In this document: positions 24,726-34,791 of the stretch, in pieces
How the letters are laid out: every line of letters begins with the position of its first letter
Position numbering within the stretch: position 1 is the first letter of the stretch
From: Eledone cirrhosa
Taxonomy: Eukaryota
Direction of reading: 5' to 3'
Length of the DNA: 64,000 bases
Assembly (NCBI GenBank): GCA_964016885.1
Contig: CAXHJY010000480.1
Coordinates: 1-64,000 of the forward strand
Translations under genes and position numbers: made by a program
Notes under the pieces: generated by a model
Told to the model about the DNA's origin: nothing
Database searches by the model: none
What the model saw: the letters and a program-made list of their open reading frames with translations, nothing else

Positions 24726-26686
24726 AAGAAACATGGACTGTATAGAGGAGCAGTAATTCTGAACAAAAACTAACAGAAGAACTTTAGTTTTGACAGACAT
24801 CTTTAAGTCCACACTATAAAGTAGTTAGTGACAAGGATATCCAATTAGTGAAATCATGCCAAAATTATGAAAAGCACATTTATGAAAAGAAAAAAATAAA
24901 GAACAATGAAAGACACACACAATAGTTCTACACATATCTCCACTTGATGGAGGAGTTTGATAAAACAAAAACAAAAGTAGGAGACAGCCTAGGACCTATT
25001 CTTCTGCACATTTTCCAAAATGATCATTAGATATTACACTCTGCCCTGCTTTCCTCTTATACTAATATAAACATACGTACCTACATTAACATGCTTATTC
25101 AGGCACTCAGTACTAATACACACATTTCTCCCTTACTGGTTAATATATATGCCATCATGTACAACTTAATTGATCAAATGTAATAATATTGTCCTTAGAG
25201 CAGGAAACCGAATAGTATGGAATTCCATGAACTCTTTCTCAGATACACAGTTTCTTCACGCTCCTAAAGTACAGGGCTAAGTTTACTGATGAGAAGAATT
25301 TATTTTCTAAGGAAAACATGCAAGATGAAAAGAAGGAAGTTAAACCCAGCAGCAGCACTATCCAAAATTGACTGCTATCCCCACCACCGAACAAACAGCT
25401 TGTTCAAGCATAAAACTCCAGACTGAAAGCAAATATGATACACACTCACACACACACACACACAAAGACTGGCAATTACAATGCAGTGAAAATTCATCAT
25501 CATCATGAGTAACAAAAGCTATTTAGCAATGAATGGCAGTAAAATAATTTCATCAAAAGTACAGTTTTCATCGAAATTAACAACTAGAAAGAGAAAATAA
25601 TAAAATACAAAAGAGAGAGATGGAAAGCCGACATTTCTATCAAACACTATTGGAGATGTAAATAAATGATAATTCCTTATATTGGCAGAAAACCAGAGAT
25701 TTGTAAGGGAGGAAATATAGTGATGAATTATTATTACAGAATTCGGCATGATTCAAACCAATGAGGACACGGAGACCTGCTAGAAATAACAACCAGATCT
25801 CCCTCAAACCATACTCTACTGTCTTAAAAATGAAAAGGCACATTGGATTATGAATGTAATCCTAGATATACAATCTATACCTGACAAAAAAGATGAGATT
25901 GACAAGGCTTGAATGCTTTTGATCATAGTTCTGCTGAGTCAACGCTGATCTTGGGATAAACAGCAACAACAACGATTTCTAACTGTGGGTTCAAAATCAC
26001 AAATATATAGGGGAAAACAGTATGGTTAATTTAATCAATTTATCTCATCGATCTTAAGTGGATGAAAGGCAGGCAAATCGACCCAACAAGATTTTAACTC
26101 CAGGAATGGTAAAAAGCAATATTTAATATTTACTCATTGTAATAATGGTTTCTTATATAGGCACAAGGCCAGTACTCATTGTAATAATGAAACTACATGG
26201 TTTCAAACGAGATAAATCCGGGTTTTATAATATCTGCCTCTTTTGAAAGATATTATTGTTTAGACCAAAGTTGCTGAAACTAGTGTGACTGACACGTCTT
26301 TTCAATACACTTTTTTTTAAAGAGTGTAGTGTATGATTTTGGGAAATATTTTACTGCGATTTTTAGAAGACAGGGCAATCACACATCTCGCATACGTAGG
26401 AGAAAGAGAGAGGTGAAACCAGATCTAGACTTGGCAAAAATCACCACCACCAGCGCTAAATCAACTATAATATCAGTTGTCCAGCAAGTAAATGTAACAA
26501 AATTATTCCACTAACATTAAAGCAATTATTGGTGGAATATACCTTATTTTATAGAAATAACAAAAATGTGCATGTGTGTACGTGCACACAAACACGTATA
26601 TGTGTATGTCAACAAAATGTGAGGCGAAAATTAATAAGGGAGTGCTCTGTTATAAGGTGTATACAAATAGTGTCTCTCATTCATAT

Positions 26687-26723
<37 letters not shown>

Positions 26724-27262
26724 GTATCTGTGTATATATATTTGTGTGTGTGCTGTAAAAATATTTTATTTATGATAATAGAAATAACAATAGACAAAAA
26801 TAATAGTAATGTGTGTTATGTATATACATGAATACATAAATGCGTGTACATATACACATATTTTGCTAATAAAATCCCCAAAGGACATAAAACTATAAAA
26901 AGATGTTATGTAGTGACAGACACATACGATTGATGAAAAGGTATAAAATCATTCACCCTCGTCTTACAGAGCGGGGTTGTTTATCAAGATCATTGGATGT
27001 ATTAAGCTAGCCATTTAATATGGAAAGAGGAGGAGCAAGAGCAAAAATCAGAAATAAAACGAAGAATGAGAGAAAAAATGAGCCAAAATGACATCAGAAA
27101 ATAAATAGACATTCTTTACATGCAATCAGACATAGCTGGGTCGGCGAAAGAGATGAAATCCGTGTCTTATTTGGTTAGCAAACGGAAATGATAAAAATTC
27201 TAGCTTTCATCAATTTACCTTTATTAATATTTATCATTTTCTTTGTCACAAAAACAATACTC

Positions 27263-27307
<45 letters not shown>

Positions 27308-27353
27308 GTACCTTAAAATGGCCTCAGCTGGTGCGCCATAACATGTGAAAGAG

Positions 27354-27577
27354 CATCATCATCATCATTTTACGTCCACTTTTCCCTGCTTGCAAGGGTG
27401 GGACGGGAACTGATTCTGGCTTGATTTCTACAGCTGGATGCCCTTCCTAACACCAACCTCATTTACAATGAGTGGTGGGTGGTTTTTGCCGTGGCACCTA
27501 CACACACCCTGTCTGAGAATTGAACTCACAACCTTTCGATTGCAAGGCCAATGCTCTAACCACTAAGCCATGTGCCT

Positions 27578-27579
<2 letters not shown>
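27354..27579 (-). mobile_element. tRNA-derived SINE with an internal deletion
   Basis: Same head and tail as the other copies; central ccttgagcaagacac domain missing. Confidence 0.88.
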
Positions 27580-27611
<32 letters not shown>

Positions 27612-30165
27612 CTAGCAAATGACCCCCGTCCATTGGACGGTGTCAGTTCTTGGTAGGGCTGCAATGTTAATGGTCAATTTCCGTGTTGTATGTTTAACTT
27701 GGAGGATAATTTTACCTGATCAACTCTTTCAATAAAAAAAAATGAGACGGTATTCAAAAAGAGCAACTTTTATTTACAGATATGTGTCATTAAAATGTGA
27801 ACATAGAGAAATGTATCGTTAGCCGTGTCGGTTGAACAATGTGTAATTTTTTTTATTAATAACCGAAAGACAAACAGTAAATGAGACTGGATGTCAAACC
27901 ATTTTGGATTGCATGTAAAGGTGATAAAAAGATCAGGACGGCCACAATGGTGGACATAGGTCAGAGCATCCTGCATTTTTTCATGCATGTAACGGGGGCC
28001 TCCAGTGTATGATGATGGGAGAATAACAGAAAGCCCAACATCCGAAGCATTAGTCTGATCATTTCGGTTTACTTCGTCACGTAGATTGCCGTATTCTTCT
28101 GAACGCAGTTCCTTTTGATGATGTCTTATCCATTGGAGGCGTTCAGTGTCAATCTTAGCAAATATGTCTACACAGTATTGATTGAGGAGCATCCGTGTTC
28201 TATGCAGAATGTTGACGTCGTTTTTGCGAAACATAAGTCTAAATGCATAAAATTCCATTTGTGAAATGGTTTTCCCTGGTGTAAGATGCATTAAACTTAC
28301 AGGATTACACTTTTGCAAATCAATGCGGTAGCCATCGTCGCCAAAGGGGAACAGCAATGGATACTGGAGAGCATCATATGCGGGATGAAGTTCATTTATT
28401 TTTTTGAAGATGCGAGTCCTGCCATTCAATAACAATATCACGGTTTGAAGCGCTCTCATTAGGACGTGTTATAATCACCGCAACTTCATCGGTTTGGGGT
28501 CTATTAAAGCAACCCTGATGCTGCCCTGGTGGAGCGCGGTCATTTCGAATGACAACCTTGTATTGATTCTTGTTAGCATCTCTACGTTGTAAAGCAGTTT
28601 TGAAAATGGTGATGTACGGGTTTATGGAATGAAGCATATATTGAAGGGACTGTAGAAGAGAAGGTGTCGTTCCTTTAGCAACTGAATGACATACTACCAA
28701 TGATGATATGTGGATGGGATGCGTAGTCCTCTTGGGGATTGTATTGAAAACCTTTCTTAGACCAGTAACAGGAAGAATCCCTCGGAAAGACATAAGTACG
28801 CATTTTCCGTTGAGAATCAGCCGCAAGCCTTGTTGCCCTTTGGTCAACAGTCTCTAAAGCACGGCTATTGGAATTAGAAGCAGCATTGTGAGCACGCCGG
28901 AGTTCTGCTTGTTCAGCTTTCTGTAATGCTCTGATGTTCAAAGTAGAGGCAGCATTGTGAGCACGCCGGAGTTCTGCTTGTTCAGTTGTTTGTAATGCTC
29001 TGGCGATCGAGGTAGAAGCAGCATTGCGAGCACGCCGTAGCACACATTGTTCTTCTGTTTCGCTTGCGCGCAAAGAACGCAAAGCAAAAGCATTTTTTGT
29101 TTTTTTTTCAATGTTACTCTTTCTTTTTCGAGGCATTCTACCGAAAATATGTAATTGAATAAAGCTGATACAGATCAATTAAAAGAAATAAATAGTTGTG
29201 TACAATGTGTAAATTTTGTAATAATAAGCAAGACGAAAAAGTATATTTTATCATCTGCTTTTTCTACACGGGAATTATATATTAGATTTTCATACTTACA
29301 AAATAATTTTGCTAATATCGTGTTTAGCAGTGTCGGTTGAGCAATGTGTAAATATTTGATTAAAAACTAAAAGACAAACAGTAAATATATTTCAACCTCT
29401 GAATAAGTATTAAAGAAATGACGATTTTCACTTTGAAAATATGATTTATGACATCAAAACTGCTTTAGCGTTTAATTTTTTGAATAAAAAGTATCGTCTG
29501 TTATTTCTTACAATTAACACATTTATACACATACACACACACATACGCACGTACACACACACACACAAACACACACAAACACACACACAAACATACACAC
29601 GCACACACATACATACACACACAATCCCAAGACGTGACGTTGTGGAAGAGAGAGAGTTAAGAAGTGTAATAAATAAGTTAAAATTATAAACGCTGTATTT
29701 ATCATATTCGCGTCACACACACTCCTCTCTTTCTTTATTTTACTCTCTCTCTCTCACTCCTCTCTTTCTATCTCCCTCCCACACATCCTTCTCTCTCTGG
29801 CCGTTATGGAAATTACACACACACATACACACACACGCATGCACACATACACACACATATACACACGCACATACACATACAATCCCATAACGTCGTGTTG
29901 TGGAAGGGGGAGAGTTAAGAAGTGTGTAAAAGGAACGCTCTCTCTCTCTTTATGGCCGTCATGGAATTTGTTAGTGCAAAAGTCTATAAGATTATAAAAT
30001 TGAAGTTTGTGACTTTGAAATTAATCATTATGAAATAAATTTTTCTTGATGTTACAAACCGTAGCCTATTTTGGCTGTGTTTAATTTGACAGAGATCGAT
30101 GGAATATTTTCCAAGTGAAACTCTTTTACACACACACACAGAACGGGAATTATATATATAAAAGA
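27612..30165 (-). mobile_element. Helitron, internally deleted (Rep N-terminal part only, no helicase)
   Basis: 3' end: hairpin ccgtcc-att-ggacgg (27626-27640), then CTAG (27612-27615), then T, within (AT)n. Rep motifs HPAYDALQYPLLFPFG and LPSSYTGGPRYM...PDLFITFTCNPKW. The 5' boundary near 30160-30165 is approximate. Confidence 0.9.
27880..29136 (-). pseudogene. Frameshifted Helitron Rep fragment with N-terminal 23-aa repeats
   Basis: ORFs 28675-29178 (MPRKRKS, ET.EQ...RR repeats), 28392-28847 (FNRPQTDEVAVII) and 27770-28459. Confidence 0.88.
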
Positions 30166-30238
30166 GCATCTGTAGTACCAATCATGAAACCAAACTGCAC
30201 CTCGTCTAATTTGGCTCTTTCACTCATTAGTTGCACTA
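30161..30238 (-). mobile_element. Tiny RTE RT fragment
   Basis: Minus strand reads QLMSERAKLDEVQFGF...TTDAL, homologous to [16 protein letters not shown]...TTDAL. Confidence 0.7.
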
Positions 30239-30483
30239 TATATATATATATATATGTCCACACACACACACACGTATATATATATATATATATATATTAG
30301 AAATTATAAGCTTTCACCGTATTTTAGACTAAAGAAATTTCTAGCCTGATAGTGGGGTTTATAACCTTCGGAGAAATGGAAAAAGATGAGTGTTGCCGTA
30401 CACGGCAACACTCATCGCGCACCGTTTCAAAAACATACTTACATGTTTACGTTTATAATTTGCTTGTATATATATATATATAC

Positions 30484-30491
30484 GTGTGTGT

Positions 30492-30578
<87 letters not shown>
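30484..30578. repeat. (GT)n microsatellite
   Basis: About 47 GT units. Confidence 0.95.
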
Positions 30579-30582
<4 letters not shown>

Positions 30583-30680
30583 CATGTATGTATATATGTA
30601 TTTCTTCCTCTAACCGTGAAACTAATACGACTTTGTTATTACATCCTCTTGTTTGTTTTTTATTTACTTTTATATATATT

Positions 30681-30727
<47 letters not shown>

Positions 30728-30775
30728 CCATACCTTAAAATGGCCTCAGCTGGTGCGCCATAACATGTGAAAGAG

Positions 30776-31005
30776 CATCATCATCATCATCATCATCTTA
30801 TGTCCACTTTTCCCTGCTTGCAAGGGTGGGACGGGAACTGATTCTGGCTTGATTTCTACAGCTGGATGCCCTTCCTAACACCAACCTCATTTACAGTGAG
30901 TGCTGGCTGGTTTTTGCCGTGGCACCTACACGACCACTTTGTGGAATGAGTAAACTGGAGCAATGTGAAATAAAGTGTCTTGCTCAAGGAAACAACACAT
31001 CACCC
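30776..31005 (-). mobile_element. SINE copy lacking its head, ending in a fold-back
   Basis: Tail and body as in the other copies; inversion point at ~31005. Confidence 0.85.
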
Positions 31006-31169
31006 GAGTGATGTGTTGTTTCCTTGAGCAAGACAAACAAGAGGATGTAATAACAAAGTCGTATTAGTTTCACGGTTAGAGGAAGAAATAGATATATACA
31101 TACATACACACACACACACATATATTATTTTTTTTTTTTTTTTTTTTTTTTCCTTGCCGCAAATGTTTG

Positions 31170-32062
31170 TCGGATGGAAAAAGTTCAGAGAGCTTATACC
31201 ACTATTAGCCGCTAAAGGGTTCTCCCTAAAAATGAAAGGCAGGTTGTATGATGCCTGCATACGAACAGCGATGCTGCATGGCAGTGAGACCTGGGCATTA
31301 TGTGCAGAGGATATACGCAGACTAGAGAGGAACGAAGCTTGCATGCTCCGCTGGATGTGTAATAGTGATATACGTGAACGGCTAAGCATAAACGAACTAA
31401 GGAAAAAATTAGAGATAAGAGGGATCAGATGTTGTTTACTCGAGAGAAGGCTACGTTGGTATGGACACGTGATGCGCATGAAAGTCGATAGCTGTATAAC
31501 AAAATGCAGGGCAATAAAGATAGACGGTAGTCACGGAATAGGCAGACCTAGAAAAACCTGGGACGAGCTGATAAACTCCGACATCACACACTTACACCTC
31601 TCCAAGACAATGTCACTGGACCGAGACCTTTGGCGGTACTCAGTAACAGAGAAGACCCGCCTTACCTAAATATATAGTAAAACCTACTCCAGCCAGTAGG
31701 CATCTCTAACAAAATACACCCCGTCCCACCACCCCCACCCCATCCACACCACCCCGTTCAATGTAAAGTTATGTTGGTGCCGCGCCATCGAGGCCGAAAC
31801 AAATGAGATCGTGTAGGTGTCACGACAAAAAAAACACACAGTCCACGCTGTAATGTGGCCGTGTAGGCAACACGGTAAAAACCTCCCAGACCCACACTGT
31901 AAATGTGGTTGGTGTTAGGAAGGGCATCCAACTGTAGAAAACCTGCCAGACAGTCCTATGCGAGCAAGACAATCACTCTTGCCTCAAGTGGGACTACCCC
32001 CGTCCAAACCCATGCAAGCGTGGAACACGGACGTTAAACGTTGATGATGATGATGATGATGA
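31170..32062 (+). mobile_element. 5'-truncated RTE family A
   Basis: [12 protein letters not shown]...EKTRLT*, 3'UTR and (GAT)n tail. Confidence 0.94.
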
Positions 32063-32213
32063 TATATATACATATATATATACATATACATATATACATA
32101 TATATATATATACATATATATATACATATATATATACATATATATATATACATATATATATATACATATATATATATACATACATATATATATACATATA
32201 TATACATACATAC

Positions 32214-32291
<78 letters not shown>

Positions 32292-32295
<4 letters not shown>

Positions 32296-32820
32296 TGTTA
32301 CACTTTGGGAGGGTCATGCTGCCAATAAGAAACACACGCACCAGTTGCTTTCACTTCAATTTAATTTATTAAATATTTATAAATTTACAAATTTATAAAT
32401 TTCTGGTTGGTTGGTTGGTTCCACAACCAGATAGTTGTTTATATATATATAGTCATAGTTCTTTCGTCACACACTCTGTGACCTCTTCAGTGACTGGGGA
32501 TTTCTTTCTTCGTTTCTGTGCCTTTCCTTTCTTCTATCCTACGCCATTTTGTTTGACAAACAAAATGGCGTAGGATAGAAGAAAGGAAAGGCACAGAAAC
32601 GAAGAAAGAAATCCCCAGTCACTGAAGAGGTCACAGAGTGTGTGACGAAAGAACTATGACTATATATATATAAACAACTATCTGGTTGTGGAACCAACCA
32701 ACCAACCAGAAATTTATAAATTTGTAAATTTATAAATATTTAATAAATTAAATTGAAGTGAACGCAACTGGTGCGTGTGTTTCTTATTGGCAGCATGACC
32801 CTCCCAAAGTGTAACAATAT
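32292..32820. mobile_element. Near-perfect 529-bp palindrome with a hammerhead motif in each arm (Penelope-like element end)
   Basis: About 264-bp arms centred on 32556 (gtttg-a-caaac); almost no mismatches. Confidence 0.85.
32617..32661 (+). ncRNA. Minimal type I hammerhead ribozyme motif
   Basis: Stem I agtca/tgact; CTGAAGA; one extra G; stem II gtcaca/tgtgac; GAAA; g-aa-c; CTA site. Mirrored on the minus strand at 32451-32495. Confidence 0.72.
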
Positions 32821-32876
32821 CGGTTTCAACACACGATTTCAGATAAAGAATCTTGCTAAACAAATTCAGAAACGAA

Positions 32877-32961
<85 letters not shown>

Positions 32962-32977
32962 CATATATAATACATTT

Positions 32978-33045
<68 letters not shown>

Positions 33046-33103
33046 CATATATAATACATTTTTCATACATCTATATTATTATATATTTGAAACCACGTGT
33101 TTT

Positions 33104-33192
33104 CGAACTTGTGAGTACATTTTCCTTTAACTACAAATTATTATTATATACTTTCGTCTTTTCATTAACTTAATTAATTTCAAATAACCAGA

Positions 33193-33225
<33 letters not shown>

Positions 33226-33612
33226 CTCATATTTATATATATACGCTTCTCACTCACACACAAGAAAAACAAAAAACAAAAAAAAAATAAATCAAAAATA
33301 AATTTAAAAAAAAATATATATATATTGAAATACTTAACTAAAACACACACACACGAACTTGTGAGTACATTTTCCTTTAACTACAAATTATTATTATATA
33401 CTTTCGTCTTTTCATTAACTTAATTAATTTCAAATAACCAGAATATACATATATATATATATATATACTCATATTTATATATATACGCTTCTCACTCACA
33501 CACAAGAAAAACAAAAAACAAGAAAAACAAAAAACAAAAATAAATCAAAAATAAATAAAAATAAAAAAAAAAATATATATATATTGAAATACTTAACTAA
33601 AACACACACACA
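33104..33612 (+). repeat. Tandem duplication of ~250 bp in the LINE 5'UTR
   Basis: cgaacttgtgagtacattttcc... at 33104 and 33354. Confidence 0.92.
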
Positions 33613-33624
33613 CTCAAAACTAGA

Positions 33625-34791
33625 ATGGCTAACCAGCAAAAATCCAAACAGAACTGGTCTGATAATGAAATCGACATTCTAATAAACACATGGCATTGCC
33701 TTTCCCAAACAGAAAATATAGATGCTTCATCTCTGAACGACATTGCTAAACGTACAGTTCAATTTTTGAAAACTCGATCTGAACAACAGATTCAAAATAA
33801 ATTAAAGCAAATCGAAATTGCTTTTAAATTAATCAATAAACATTTGGATAAACTACGGTGTGTTTTCTCTTCAAATGCTGTCCAGCAGCAGCAACAACAA
33901 CAACAGCAGCTACAACAGCAACAACAACAACAGCAACAACAACAACAACAGCTACAACAACAACAACAGCAACAACATCAACAACAACGACAACAACAGT
34001 GTGAACCACTCCTTGATTCATCAACAATGGCCGATCTACTAAATGAAACTATTGACCCCCCAGTGGCCTCTGTCTCACAGCATGAAACGCCACATCCTTT
34101 CTCTGGCCCAGCAGTCCAATCATCACCACTGCCAACATCTCTGCCTACTACTACTACTACTACTACAACATTTTTGTCTACTGCTATGTCAAGGAATTTA
34201 CCTTCTAATACCAGAACAAGAACTCTCCCTCCCACAGTCCACAAAGGTCGTCAAATCCTACCCAAACCATCATCTACACCTCTCACAACACCCACACCCA
34301 CATACCCACCCACTCGAAACCCCATCATTTGCCGCTACTCTCTACGCTATAGAATATGTACGGATAGTGGCTGCAAATTCACCCATTTACCTAGGACAAA
34401 ACGATCTATCCCCACAAACAGCCACCACCATAATACATACTCTAATTTAACACCAACACAACCACCAATAACTCAAACAAGGAATCCACAAATCTGCCGT
34501 TTTTCCCTGCGAGACAGATTGTGTTTAGACCGGGATTGTCCCTTTACCCATCTCCCGGGGACCCGTCGGATAAATGAAAATAAAATTAAAAATAAAAGCA
34601 AAAACAAAAACCATAACCTACATAAAAATAACCACTACCACAGTCACCAACAGTCTTCTAAACAGGAAACTTCTTCCTCTTTTTTAGCCATAATGAATCT
34701 GGCAAAAGAACTGGAAAAAAACATTCGAGCTATCACCCAGCACCACCCTCCACTATCACCCCACTGCACAAACTCCCATTGCTGCCATTAA
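33625..34791 (+). CDS. LINE ORF1 protein (Myb/SANT-like N-terminus, polyQ, two CCCH zinc fingers)
   Basis: NWSDNEIDILINTW...RSEQQIQNKLKQI; Q-tract; CRYSLRYRICTDSGCKFTH and CRFSLRDRLCLDRDCPFTH; lies directly upstream of ORF2. Confidence 0.85.
   Translation: MANQQKSKQNWSDNEIDILINTWHCLSQTENIDASSLNDIAKRTVQFLKTRSEQQIQNKLKQIEIAFKLINKHLDKLRCVFSSNAVQQQQQQQQQLQQQQQQQQQQQQQLQQQQQQQHQQQRQQQCEPLLDSSTMADLLNETIDPPVASVSQHETPHPFSGPAVQSSPLPTSLPTTTTTTTTFLSTAMSRNLPSNTRTRTLPPTVHKGRQILPKPSSTPLTTPTPTYPPTRNPIICRYSLRYRICTDSGCKFTHLPRTKRSIPTNSHHHNTYSNLTPTQPPITQTRNPQICRFSLRDRLCLDRDCPFTHLPGTRRINENKIKNKSKNKNHNLHKNNHYHSHQQSSKQETSSSFLAIMNLAKELEKNIRAITQHHPPLSPHCTNSHCCH

Noticed and set aside
25200-25430. Possible minus-strand exon after ttgctttcag, and a CTGATGA at ~25286
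   Set aside because: All frames close quickly, and there is no convincing stem II-GAAA-stem III arrangement.
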